Positions 31,961-41,561 of a DNA stretch of 64,000 bases are shown piece by piece; the first letter of the stretch is position 1, and every line of letters starts with the position of its first letter. The notes beneath the pieces are model-generated. The model made no database searches. It was given only the letters and a program-made list of their open reading frames with translations, and was not told the DNA's origin. The DNA comes from an uncultured Gemmatimonadales bacterium (GTDB lineage: Bacteria; Gemmatimonadota; Gemmatimonadetes; Gemmatimonadales; GWC2-71-9). Position numbers and translations under genes: made by a program. The stretch spans positions 2,624,001 through 2,688,000 of the forward strand of contig CAWHFW010000005.1 of the NCBI GenBank assembly GCA_963828735.1, in the 5' to 3' direction.

Positions 31961-33142
31961 TTATGCCGAGCGCGTCGCCTGCCGGGCCGTCTCGGCGAGC
32001 ACCGCGGCGCCGACGAATACGCTCTCGTCGGCCGCATAGAAGCGCGGCGAATGAGCGGGGAGCCACGGACCGCCAGGCTCGCGCGCGCCGACCCTGAGAA
32101 AGCACCCAGGCAGACGCTCAAGGTAGAACGCGAAGTCTTCCCCGCCCATGTTGGCCCCGGCGAGCGGCACCAGCGCGTCGGGGCCGAGCACGGTGCGCAC
32201 CGCCTCGCGGGCCCAGCCGGTCGGCCCTGGCTGGTTCGTCAGCGGCGGCGTGCCGGCGCCGAACGACACCTTCGCCTCCAGCCGGTGCGCCGCCGCGACG
32301 TGCACGCTGATTGTCTGGAGCCCGGCGAGCAGCAGATCGCGCGAGGCGCTGTCCACCGCGCGGACGGTTCCAGTCACCTCGGCAGTTCCCGGAATGACGT
32401 TGTCCGCCGTGCCCGCGTGCACCGATGCGACCGTCACGACGCCTGGCAGTGCCGGATCCAGTCTCCGGGAGACCAGCGTCTGGAGCGCCGTGATCAACGC
32501 CGCCGCTCCAACCACCGGATCGGCGGACTCGTGCGGGCGGGCCGCATGCGCGCCTGAGCCGACCAGCTCGATCCGGAAGAAGTCCGCCGACGCCGCCAGC
32601 GCCCCGGGTTGCGCCACCACCTGTCCTACCGGGTACCGCCGATCCACGTGCGCCCCGATGATGGCCGATGCCCCGTTCAGCGCGCCGGTCGCGAGCACCG
32701 CCGCCGCACCCTCGGCCGCTTCCTCCGCCGGCTGCAGCAGCACCAGCACGTCGCCGTCGGCCGGCGACTTCCGCAGGAGCATCGCGGCGCCCACCGTCCA
32801 GCTCGCGTGCACATCGTGCCCGCATGCGTGCATGACCCCCGGCGTCTCCGATGCATACGCGAGGCCTGTGGCCTCCTGGATCGGGAGCGCGTCGATGTCG
32901 CCGCGGATCACCACCGGGGGGCCGCCCGAGGTCCGTCCCGGGATGCGGCCGAGCAGGCCCGTACCGGCCACTCGCCGGATGTCCGCGACACCAAGCGCCG
33001 CCAGCGCCGCCTCCAGGCGGGCCGCGGTCGCCTCCTCCTGCCAGGAGAGCTCCGGCCGGCGATGCAGCTCGTGTCTCAAGGCGATGAGCCGCGCCGCGTC
33101 TTCCTCCCCGAAGCCCAGCGTGGCCGGCAGCGCGGACCTCAA
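31961..33142 (-). CDS. M20-family amidohydrolase (candidate N-succinyl/acyl-L-amino-acid deacylase)
   Basis: HRRPELSWQE, RGDIDALP, MHACGHD, QPAEE, GAHAARPH, GEDF; TTG start overlaps the GNAT stop (TTGA). Confidence 0.88.
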   Translation of the reverse strand: MRSALPATLGFGEEDAARLIALRHELHRRPELSWQEEATAARLEAALAALGVADIRRVAGTGLLGRIPGRTSGGPPVVIRGDIDALPIQEATGLAYASETPGVMHACGHDVHASWTVGAAMLLRKSPADGDVLVLLQPAEEAAEGAAAVLATGALNGASAIIGAHVDRRYPVGQVVAQPGALAASADFFRIELVGSGAHAARPHESADPVVGAAALITALQTLVSRRLDPALPGVVTVASVHAGTADNVIPGTAEVTGTVRAVDSASRDLLLAGLQTISVHVAAAHRLEAKVSFGAGTPPLTNQPGPTGWAREAVRTVLGPDALVPLAGANMGGEDFAFYLERLPGCFLRVGAREPGGPWLPAHSPRFYAADESVFVGAAVLAETARQATRSA

Positions 33143-33942
33143 CGCTCCGCCTTCGAGAGCCGGTAGAAGCCGCCCGAGTTGGCCCGCTGGAAGCCCGAGA
33201 CGCGGTAGCCGTTGCCGAGACAGTGGAGAAACGCCGAGCGCGTGGACTCGCGCCACGCGCGGGCCGTGGCGGGCGCGGTGGCGATCAGATCCTGGATGTC
33301 GCCGGGAATCGCGATGAAGAGCTCGGGCGCGCCTTCGGTCGCGCATGGCATCGCGAGGTTCACCACGAGGGCCGCCGGGGGCTCCGCCGCCGGGGCGTGA
33401 GGTGAGGTTCGTGCCAGCGTACCGGCGCCCGAAGTGAGCTCCCAGGCGACGACCAGTCGATCGGTGCCGATCGCGTCGTGCAGCGCGCTCCCCGTGTCCG
33501 AGCCGTACATCTCCGGTACGTACTCGGCCACCTCCGCGCCAAGGGCATTGAGGTTGAGGTGCGCGTTCCGGGCCACGAGCGGATCGTAAGTCCAGAACAT
33601 GCGCGTCACGCCGAGCTCCGCGACCAGGGAGCGTTGGTACAGCTTGAGGCGTCGGCCAAGACCGCGGTCCCGGGCCTCCGGGCGGACGGCAAGGAGGTCG
33701 GACCAGTGCACCAGCCGCCCGTCCTGCACGCCCGTCATTCCGAACACGAAGCCGAGCATCGCCCCGCCGTGCCCGTCGAACGCAGCGGCTGTCACGCCGC
33801 CGAGATACTGCGCTACCCTGAGGATCGTGGCCGGCACGCGCTCGTTGAAGCCCGCGCCCCACGTCAGATCTTCGATGCGGACGCACTCGTCGTACTCGGC
33901 TTGTGTCTCCACCCGACGGATGACGATGCCGTCTTCGCTCAT
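33139..33942 (-). CDS. GNAT-family acyltransferase (candidate D-amino-acid N-succinyltransferase)
   Basis: HWSDLLAVRPEARDRGLGRRLKLYQR, WTYDPLVARNAHLNL, TDRLVVAW, typical of GNATs adjacent to NSAR/OSBS genes. Confidence 0.82.
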   Translation of the reverse strand: MSEDGIVIRRVETQAEYDECVRIEDLTWGAGFNERVPATILRVAQYLGGVTAAAFDGHGGAMLGFVFGMTGVQDGRLVHWSDLLAVRPEARDRGLGRRLKLYQRSLVAELGVTRMFWTYDPLVARNAHLNLNALGAEVAEYVPEMYGSDTGSALHDAIGTDRLVVAWELTSGAGTLARTSPHAPAAEPPAALVVNLAMPCATEGAPELFIAIPGDIQDLIATAPATARAWRESTRSAFLHCLGNGYRVSGFQRANSGGFYRLSKAER

Positions 33943-35294
33943 GATGGCGGGGCTCCGGCAGGACCGGGCGCAGGTTCGGCACCCGCCGGAGCGCCGCGGC
34001 GGCGCCAGACCAGATAGACCGGCGACCCGAGGAGGACGACACCGAGGCCGATCGCCGCCCGGCCCGGCTGGGCGACGATCGTGTTGAGCACGATCGCGGC
34101 GGCGGACGCGACGAACAGGAGCGGCGTGATCGGATAGCCGGGTACCCGGAACGGACGGGGCGCGTCGGGCGCGCGCCGGCGATAGCGGAACAGGCTGAGC
34201 GCGCCCAGCGCGTAGAAGATCCAGCCGACGAACACGACGTAGGTGAGGAGCTGCTCGAAGGTGCCGGTGACGGCGAGCAGCATTGCCCAGGCGGAAGACG
34301 CCACGATGGCCACGGCCGGAGTGCCGAAGCGCGGATGTACCTGGGCGAGCTGACGGAAGAAGACCCCGTCCCGGGCCATCGCGAAGAAGGCGCGCGGGAG
34401 CGTGAGCACGGTTCCGTTCGTGGCGCTGAAGATGGAGACCAGGATCACGAGGGCCACCACCGTGCCGGCGGCGTGTCCGAAGAGCGCGGTCGCGGCCTCG
34501 GCCGCCACCCGGTTCGATCCCGCGACGCCGGCCGGACCGAGCGCCGCGATATAGCCGAGGCAGGCGAGCAGGTAGATGCCGACCAGCGCGGCGGTGCCCA
34601 GCACGATCGCGCGCGGGAAGGTGCGCTGGGGATCCCGCGCTTCGCCGGCGGAGTAGGTGACGAACTGCCAGCCCTCGTAGGCCCACAACGTCCCGATCAT
34701 CGCCAGGCCGAAGCCGGTGACCAGCGAGCCGCCGGCGACCGGCGTCACGGGGGCGACTTGGCTGAAGCCGTGGCCCTTCAACAGGAACAGGACGCTCATC
34801 AGCAGGATACCGGCCACCTTGATCAGCGTGGTCCAGCCCTGCAGTCGCGCGCTGCCGCGAGTCCCCCGGACGTTGATCACCGCAATCGTCGCGATCAATG
34901 CCACCGCGGTGAGCCGGCCGGTCACGGGCCCCAACGGCACGATCTGGCCGAGGTACGTGGTGGACGCCACCGCGAGCGTGGCAATGGTACCGCTGCCGGT
35001 GACGAAGAAGAGCGTCCAGCCGAACAAGAAGGCCGGGAAGGGACCGAACGCGTCGCGGATGTACACGTACAGGCCGCCGGCCTCGGGCCGCATCGCGCCG
35101 AGCTCGGCGTAGGTGAGGGCGCCAAGCAGCGAGAGCGCCCCGCCCACGATCCAGACCAGGAGTGATATCCCGACCGAGCCGCCCGTCTGACGCATGACGG
35201 CGCCGGGGACGATGAAAATGCCTGAGCCGATGACCGTGCCGATCACGATCGCCACCAGCTGGCGCAGGCTGAGGAGGCGGGGCAGCTCGCTCAT
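33939..35294 (-). CDS. APC-family amino acid permease
   Basis: GTVIGSGIF, ALTYAELG, WAYEGW, about 12 TM segments; ATGA overlaps on both sides. Confidence 0.9.
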   Translation of the reverse strand: MSELPRLLSLRQLVAIVIGTVIGSGIFIVPGAVMRQTGGSVGISLLVWIVGGALSLLGALTYAELGAMRPEAGGLYVYIRDAFGPFPAFLFGWTLFFVTGSGTIATLAVASTTYLGQIVPLGPVTGRLTAVALIATIAVINVRGTRGSARLQGWTTLIKVAGILLMSVLFLLKGHGFSQVAPVTPVAGGSLVTGFGLAMIGTLWAYEGWQFVTYSAGEARDPQRTFPRAIVLGTAALVGIYLLACLGYIAALGPAGVAGSNRVAAEAATALFGHAAGTVVALVILVSIFSATNGTVLTLPRAFFAMARDGVFFRQLAQVHPRFGTPAVAIVASSAWAMLLAVTGTFEQLLTYVVFVGWIFYALGALSLFRYRRRAPDAPRPFRVPGYPITPLLFVASAAAIVLNTIVAQPGRAAIGLGVVLLGSPVYLVWRRRGAPAGAEPAPGPAGAPPS

Positions 35295-36418
35295 GCGCCG
35301 CGTCCCAACCGCTCTTCGCGTACCGTCAGCCGTCCGATCATCTCGCGGTCCGGCGTGACACCGATGCCTGGATCCGTCGGGACGCTGACCAGGCCGTCCT
35401 GCATCGTCCACTCGGGCGAGACCACGTCCCGCTCCCAGTACCGCGCGCTCGGAGAGACGTCACCCGGCTTGAGGAAGTTGGGCAGCGCGGCGAGCGCCAC
35501 GTTGTACCCCCGGCCCACGCCGCTCTCGAGCATGCCGCCGCACCAGACGGGAATGTCGTGGGCCGCGCAGAAGTCGTGGATCGCGATGGACGGCCCGAAC
35601 CCGCCGACCCGGCCCGGCTTGATGTTGACGATGCGCCCGCTCCCGAGGGCGACCATCTCCTGGGCCCGCTCGAGCGAGGTGATCGACTCGTCGAGGCACA
35701 GCGGTGTCCGGAGGCGAGGCTGGAGCTCCGCGTGCTGGCGGAGGTCGTCCCAGGCGAGCGGCTGTTCGATCATCATGAGACCGAGCTCGTCCAGTTCGAG
35801 GAGGCGGTCGGTGTCAGCGAGGGTATAGGCGTTGTTGGCGTCGGCCATGAGCGGCGCGTCGGGCCCGAGGGCGGCGCGAACGGCGCGGACGAACTCCACA
35901 TCCGAGCCCGGCTCGATCTTGAGCTTCACCTTGCGGTAGCCGTCCTGCACCGCGCGCGCGGCGCGCTCGACTAGCGCCGCGGGCGAGGTCTGGATGCCGA
36001 GCGAGATGCCGACCTCGATACCGGCTCGCGTCCCGCCGAGGCGGGCGGCCAGCGAGAGACCCTGTCGCTCGGCGTCGAGCGCCCACATTCCCATCTCGAG
36101 CGCGGCCTTGGCCATGAGGTGCCCGCGGAAGTTGTGCTGCAGGGCGGGGAATACCTCTTCGGGGCCGGCGAACGTCCGGCCGAGGACCCGGGGGGCGACC
36201 CAGTGCTTGAGAGCGAGCCAGGCGGTGTCGATGGTCTCGCCGGTGTAGTTGGGCTCCTCGGGCGCGACGCACTCGCTCCACACGGTCACGCCGTCGGCGT
36301 CCTCCAGCTCGAGGAGGAAAATGCGGCGCGCCCGCTGCGTCCCCGAGGAGATCCGGAATGGCTCGCGCAGCGGGAGCTGGATCTCCCGGAGGACGAGGCA
36401 CGCGAGGGCCAGGCTCAC
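35291..36418 (-). CDS. menC: N-succinyl/N-acylamino acid racemase / o-succinylbenzoate synthase (enolase superfamily)
   Basis: KLK, DAN, EQP, DES, NIKPGRVGG, WCGGMLESG, PGDVS. GTG start inferred. Confidence 0.88.
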   Translation of the reverse strand: MSLALACLVLREIQLPLREPFRISSGTQRARRIFLLELEDADGVTVWSECVAPEEPNYTGETIDTAWLALKHWVAPRVLGRTFAGPEEVFPALQHNFRGHLMAKAALEMGMWALDAERQGLSLAARLGGTRAGIEVGISLGIQTSPAALVERAARAVQDGYRKVKLKIEPGSDVEFVRAVRAALGPDAPLMADANNAYTLADTDRLLELDELGLMMIEQPLAWDDLRQHAELQPRLRTPLCLDESITSLERAQEMVALGSGRIVNIKPGRVGGFGPSIAIHDFCAAHDIPVWCGGMLESGVGRGYNVALAALPNFLKPGDVSPSARYWERDVVSPEWTMQDGLVSVPTDPGIGVTPDREMIGRLTVREERLGRGA

Positions 36419-36446
36419 CGCGGGGGAGTCGCTGCGGGAGTGGCTA

Positions 36447-36468
36447 CTGGATTCAGTATTGTATACAT
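36447..36468. promoter_or_regulatory. Putative GntR operator (tandem boxes) between the NSAR operon and the D-aminoacylase
   Basis: CTGGATTCAG (36447) and TTGTATACAT (36459), 12-bp spacing, in an AT-rich divergent intergenic region. Confidence 0.65.
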
Positions 36469-36541
36469 TAGTAGAAACAATGGACGGTCGGCGCGTACCG
36501 CGCAAGAGGGTCCGTTACTCACCAGCCCATCTTCCTGCCAA

Positions 36542-38289
36542 ATGCCTGCTGCCGCTACCCGCTTGGTTCCCTGGCTCCCGTTCCTCGGCCTGCTCGCCTG
36601 CCACGCCGGACCCGCCGCTACATCGCCCGGGCCCATCCCGGAGGTACGGTATGACGTGATCCTGGCGGACGGAAAGGTGATGGACGGTACCGGCAACGCC
36701 TGGTTCCAGGGGGACGTGGGCGTCACGGGGGACCGGATCACCTGGGTGGGGCCGGCCGGCTCCCTGAGCGGGGCGACAGCAGCGCGGCGGGTCGACGCCC
36801 GCGGGATGGTCGTGGCGCCGGGCTTCATCGATATCCAGAGCGGCTCCTACGACAACCTCCTCGTGGGCGACGGCCGCTCGCTCAGCAAGGTGACACAGGG
36901 CATCACGACCGAGATCATGGGCGAGGCGTACACCCCGGCGCCCTGGAACGACGCCGTGGCCGCATTCAGCGACTTCCTCTTCGCCTACGCCGACAGCGCC
37001 ACGGTCAAGCGCACCGTGGCGGAGCTCGGCGGCCCGCACGGGTTCGGGAACTGGCTGGACGCGATGCAGCGGCACGGCATGTCGGTCAACGCGGGCTCGT
37101 TTCTCGGCGCCACCACGCTGCGCACCTACGTCATGGGGCAGTCGCCCGGGGCGCCGAGCGCGGAACAGCTGGACTCGATGCGGGCGCTCATGCGGGGCGC
37201 GATGGAGGACGGCGCCTTCGGGCTCGGGACGGCGCTGATCTACCCCCCGGCAACTACGCCTCCACGTCGGAGCTGACCGAGATCGCGAAGGCGATGGCGC
37301 CCTATCATGGCGTCTACATCACCCACATGCGGTCGGAGGCCGACCGGTTTCTCGAGGGGATGGACGAGGCGCTGGCGATCGGCCGCAACGGCGGGGTGCC
37401 GGTCGAGATCTACCATCTGAAGGCGGCGGGAAAGCGCAACTGGGATAAGGCGGCGCAGGCGATCGCCAAGATCGACTCGGCCCGCGCCGCGGGACAGGAC
37501 GTCTCCGCCGACATGTATCCCTACATCGCCGGCGGCACCGAGCTCGCCGCCTGCCTGCCGCCCTGGGCCTCGGCCGACGGGCGACTGATGGAGAACCTGA
37601 AGGACTCGGCCACGCGCGCGCGCATCCGCACCGAGGTCTCGGCCGAGCGCTCGGCGGAGTGGGAGAATCTCTGCCAGCTCGCGACGCCGGAGGGAGTTCG
37701 GGTCGGCGACTTCCAGCGCCCGGAGAACAAGCGCTTCGAGAACCAATCCCTGGAGCAGATCGCGGCCACCCGGGGGCAGCCCTGGGTCGACGCGCTGATG
37801 GACTTGACGGTGGAGGAGAACGGCCGGCTCGGCGCGATGTTCTTTCTCATGAGCGAGGAGAACGTCGAGCTGCAGCTCCGGCAGCCGTGGATCAAGTTCG
37901 GCACCGACGCCGGCGCGAGCGATCCTGCCGACACGCACGGCAGCGAGACGCACCCGCGGGCCTACGGCACCTTCCCGAGGATTTTAGGGCACTACGTGCG
38001 GGAGCGCCGGGTGCTGCCGCTCGAGGACGCGGTCCGGAAGATGACGTCCGCGGTCGCGGAGCGGCTTTCGATTCGCGATCGCGGGCTCGTGCGTGAGGGC
38101 ATGTTCGCCGACCTCGTGGTGTTCGATCCCGCTACCGTGATCGACAACGCTACCTACGAGCACTCGCACCAGATCTCCAGCGGCATCCTGGACGTCTTCG
38201 TCAATGGCGTCCCGGTCGTGCTGGATGGCAAGCACACCGGCGCTAAACCCGGGAAGGCCGTGCGGGGGCCGGGCTGGCGCCACAACTAG
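36542..38289 (+). CDS. N-acyl-D-amino-acid deacylase (D-aminoacylase)-family lipoprotein, one frameshift near 37250
   Basis: Lipobox LLAC; PGFIDIQ, THMRSE, IYHLKA, DMYPY, GTDAG, HPRAYGTF. One G missing after the C-run in TACCCCCCGGCAAC. Confidence 0.85.
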
Positions 38290-38372
38290 GGACGCAGCAG
38301 ATCGAGTTGGTGGTGGCGGAGACGCTGTTGCAGCCGCCGAAAGGGACGGCGGCGAAGTAACGGGGCCCGTTC

Positions 38373-38882
38373 CTACTCCGATCCTGGCGCCATGGAGTCC
38401 TCCACCCGAGGCCTGATGCTCTCGTCGCGCGCCAGGATCCGCGCGCAGGTGTTCCACCGGAGGATCGCCTCGTCGTTGCCCGCCGGACGCCCGGCCTCCG
38501 CCTTCTCGTACCACTCCATCGCCTCGCGAAACCAGTGGTAGGCGAGCTCGCCCGATCCCATCGACCCGCGGCGCACGTAGGCCTTGGCGCAGCGCTCCGC
38601 GACGATCCCGGAGTAGTAGGCCCGCTTGTACTCGCCGTCCAGCCGGGCCAGCAGGTCCTTGGCGCGACGCACCCCTTCGGCCGGCCCCGCCGTGAACTGG
38701 TCGGTGATCGCGAGGATCAGGGTGATCAGCGCCTCCTGGCTTCGGGGATCCACCTCCAGCACGTCGAGGCAGATGCTCTCCGCGGACGAGGGGTCGTTGA
38801 TGATCCGGTAGCGCTCCGCCTTCTGCAGCGCCGCCGGAATGCCCTCCCGCGAGATCCGCTTGAGCTCGTACTCGTCGGTCAC
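38373..38882 (-). CDS. Hypothetical alpha-helical protein coupled to sdhB
   Basis: GTG start overlaps the sdhB stop (GTGA); ALQKAERYRIINDPSSAESICLDVL..ILRWNTCAR. Confidence 0.7.
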   Translation of the reverse strand: MTDEYELKRISREGIPAALQKAERYRIINDPSSAESICLDVLEVDPRSQEALITLILAITDQFTAGPAEGVRRAKDLLARLDGEYKRAYYSGIVAERCAKAYVRRGSMGSGELAYHWFREAMEWYEKAEAGRPAGNDEAILRWNTCARILARDESIRPRVEDSMAPGSE

Positions 38883-39712
38883 GGTTGTTCCCTCCGGCTG
38901 AACAGCTTCAGCACCCGTCCCAGCGGATCGTAGAACTCGTCCACCACCCGCTCCTTGAGCGGGATGATCGCGTTGTCCGTGATCGTGATGTGCTCGGGGC
39001 ACACCGTGGTGCAGCACTTCGTGATGTTGCAGTACCCGATCCCGTGCTCGCGCTTCAGGGCCTCGACCCGGTCCTCGGTGTCGAGCGGGTGCATCTCGAG
39101 CGCCGCGGCGTACACCAGGAAGCGCGGCCCGATGAACTCGTCGTGCAGATGGTGATCCCGCAGGACGTGACAGACGTCCTGGCACAGGAAGCACTCGATG
39201 CACTTCCGGAACTCCTGCACCCGATCCACGTCCGACTGGTCGATCCGCCAGGTCCCGTCGGGCGCGTCCGGCGCCCGGGGCTTGAAGGGTGCGATCCGTG
39301 TTTTCACCCGGAAGTTCCACGAGACGTCGGTCACGAGGTCCTTGACCGCCGGAAACGCGCGCATGGGCTCCACGGTCACCGGCTTCTCGATGGGGAGCTC
39401 GTTCAGCCGGGTCATGCACATCAATTTGGGCTGGCCGTTCACCTCCGCCGAGCACGAGCCGCACTTGCCGGCCTTGCAGTTCCACCGGACGGCGAGGTCG
39501 TTGGCCTGCTCGGCCTGGATCTGGTGAATGGCGTCGAGCACGACCATTCCGGGCGACACCGCGGTGGTGTAGTCCACGAATTGCCCGCCGGCCCGGTCGC
39601 CGCGCCAGACGCGGAACGTGGCCGCGCCGTGGGGCTCGGCCCGCGGGTGCGGCGGCTCCGTCTCCTCGACCGCGCCAGTCTCGACCAGGTCCGGCTTCAA
39701 CGTTTCCGTCAC
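38879..39712 (-). CDS. sdhB: Succinate dehydrogenase/fumarate reductase iron-sulfur subunit
   Basis: NCKAGKCGSC..C, CIECFLCQDVC, CNITKCCTTVCP cluster motifs. Confidence 0.92.
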   Translation of the reverse strand: MTETLKPDLVETGAVEETEPPHPRAEPHGAATFRVWRGDRAGGQFVDYTTAVSPGMVVLDAIHQIQAEQANDLAVRWNCKAGKCGSCSAEVNGQPKLMCMTRLNELPIEKPVTVEPMRAFPAVKDLVTDVSWNFRVKTRIAPFKPRAPDAPDGTWRIDQSDVDRVQEFRKCIECFLCQDVCHVLRDHHLHDEFIGPRFLVYAAALEMHPLDTEDRVEALKREHGIGYCNITKCCTTVCPEHITITDNAIIPLKERVVDEFYDPLGRVLKLFSRREQP

Positions 39713-39743
39713 CTATGCCTCCTGCCTTCGTCCCGAGGGCGCA

Positions 39744-41561
39744 CTACTTCTGCTCCTCGATCACCCGCTTGAGCTCCGCCGACATCTCCGCGATCGGCTC
39801 GCGCACGAGCTGCATCTCGCCGCCCGTGCCCTTCCGCACCACGATGTTGAACTTCCCGTAAGCCGGATCCTTCTCGGGGCAATCCTCGCGAAAATGTCCC
39901 CCGCGGCTCTCCTTGCGCTCGATCGCCGCCCTGGTCACCGCCTCGGAGACCGTGAGCAGGTTGTCGAGGTCGAGCGCGGTGTGCCACCCCGGATTGTATT
40001 CGCGGTTGCCGGGGACGCCCACCTTCCGCGCCCGGTCCTTCAACCGCCCGAGCCCCTCCAGCGCGCGCTCCATCTCGGGGCCGGTCCGGACGATGCCGAC
40101 CAGGTCCTGCATCATCCCCTGCAGCTCCTGCTGCACCTGGTACGGCCCCTCGCCGTTTACCTGGGCGCGCTCGAACGGCTCGAGCGCGCGCTCGACCGCG
40201 TCGTCCACCTCGGTGGAGTTGATGGCCGCGGAGCCATGGTCCCGCGCGAACCGCGCGGCGTACTCACCGGCGCGCTTCCCGAACACCAGCAGGTCGGACA
40301 GCGAGTTCCCGCCCAGCCGGTTCGCGCCGTGCAGCCCCGCCGCGCACTCGCCCGCGGCGAACAGGCCGGGCACGGTGGACATCTGGCTGTCCCCCTCCAC
40401 CCTGATGCCGCCCATGATGTAGTGCGTGGTGGGCCCGACCTCCATCGGCTCGGCGGTGATGTCGATATCGGCGAGCTGCTTGAACTGGTGGTACATGCTC
40501 GGGAGCTTGCGGATGATGTGCTCCCGCGCGTTGGGCAGCCGCTGCTTGATCCAGGAGATGTCGAGGAAGACGCCCCCGTGCGGGCTGCCACGCCCCTCGG
40601 CGACTTCCCGCCGGATGCAGCGGGCGACGTGGTCGCGGGTCAGGAGCTCGGGCGGCCGGCGGGCATCCTTGTCTCCCTGGGTGTAGCGCCAGCCCTCTTC
40701 CTCGTTGTCGGCGGTCTGGCTCCGGTAGTTCTCGGGGATGTCGTCGAACATGAACCGGCGGCCCTGGTTGTTGAGCAGGACGCCGCCTTCCCCGCGCACG
40801 CCCTCGGTCACCAGGATCCCGCGCACGCTGGGCGGCCAGATCATGCCGGTGGGATGGAACTGCACGAACTCCATGTCCTGCAGCGCGGCGCCCGCCTCGT
40901 AGGCCAGCGCGTGGCCGTCACCGGTGTATTCCCAGCTGTTGCTGGTGATCGAGTAGGCCCGGCCAATGCCGCCGGTCGCGAGGATGATGGCCTTGCACCG
41001 GTACACCTTGAAGCGGCCCCGCTCGCGGTCGTACCCAAGCGCGCCCGCGATCCGGCCGCCGTCGGTGAACAGCCGGAGCACCGTGCACTCCATGTGCACG
41101 TCGATGCCCTGATGGATGCTGTGGTCCTGGAGCGTCCGGATCATCTCGAGACCGGTCCGGTCGCCGACGTGCGCGAGGCGAGGATACTTGTGTCCGCCGA
41201 AGTTGCGCTGGAGAATGCGTCCATCGGTCGTCCGGTCGAACAGCGCGCCCCACGCCTCCAGCTCGCGCACCCGGTCCGGTGCTTCCTTCGCGTGCAGCTC
41301 GGCCATGCGCCAGTTGTTGACGTACTGGCCGCCCCGCATGGTGTCGGCGAAGTGCACCTGCCAGCCGTCGCGGTTGTCCACGTTCGCGAGCGACGCCGCG
41401 ATGCCGCCCTCCGCCATCACCGTATGCGCCTTCCCCAGGAGCGACTTGCACACGAGCCCGACCTTGACGCCCGCGCCCGACGCCGCGACCGCGGCGCGGA
41501 GCCCCGCGCCGCCGGCGCCGATCACCAGGACATCGTGCTCGACGGTCTGGTAGTCGGTCAG
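39744..41561 (-). CDS. sdhA: Succinate dehydrogenase/fumarate reductase flavoprotein subunit
   Basis: GAGGAG, AHTVMAEGG, QFHPTG, TEGVRGEG, HYIMGG, LHGANRLGGNSL, ESRGGH. Apparent CTG start. Confidence 0.92.
   Translation of the reverse strand: MTDYQTVEHDVLVIGAGGAGLRAAVAASGAGVKVGLVCKSLLGKAHTVMAEGGIAASLANVDNRDGWQVHFADTMRGGQYVNNWRMAELHAKEAPDRVRELEAWGALFDRTTDGRILQRNFGGHKYPRLAHVGDRTGLEMIRTLQDHSIHQGIDVHMECTVLRLFTDGGRIAGALGYDRERGRFKVYRCKAIILATGGIGRAYSITSNSWEYTGDGHALAYEAGAALQDMEFVQFHPTGMIWPPSVRGILVTEGVRGEGGVLLNNQGRRFMFDDIPENYRSQTADNEEEGWRYTQGDKDARRPPELLTRDHVARCIRREVAEGRGSPHGGVFLDISWIKQRLPNAREHIIRKLPSMYHQFKQLADIDITAEPMEVGPTTHYIMGGIRVEGDSQMSTVPGLFAAGECAAGLHGANRLGGNSLSDLLVFGKRAGEYAARFARDHGSAAINSTEVDDAVERALEPFERAQVNGEGPYQVQQELQGMMQDLVGIVRTGPEMERALEGLGRLKDRARKVGVPGNREYNPGWHTALDLDNLLTVSEAVTRAAIERKESRGGHFREDCPEKDPAYGKFNIVVRKGTGGEMQLVREPIAEMSAELKRVIEEQK

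Noticed and set aside
35291..36418. Menaquinone biosynthesis cluster
   Set aside because: No other men gene is in the window; the GNAT, M20 and permease neighbours fit the racemase role better.
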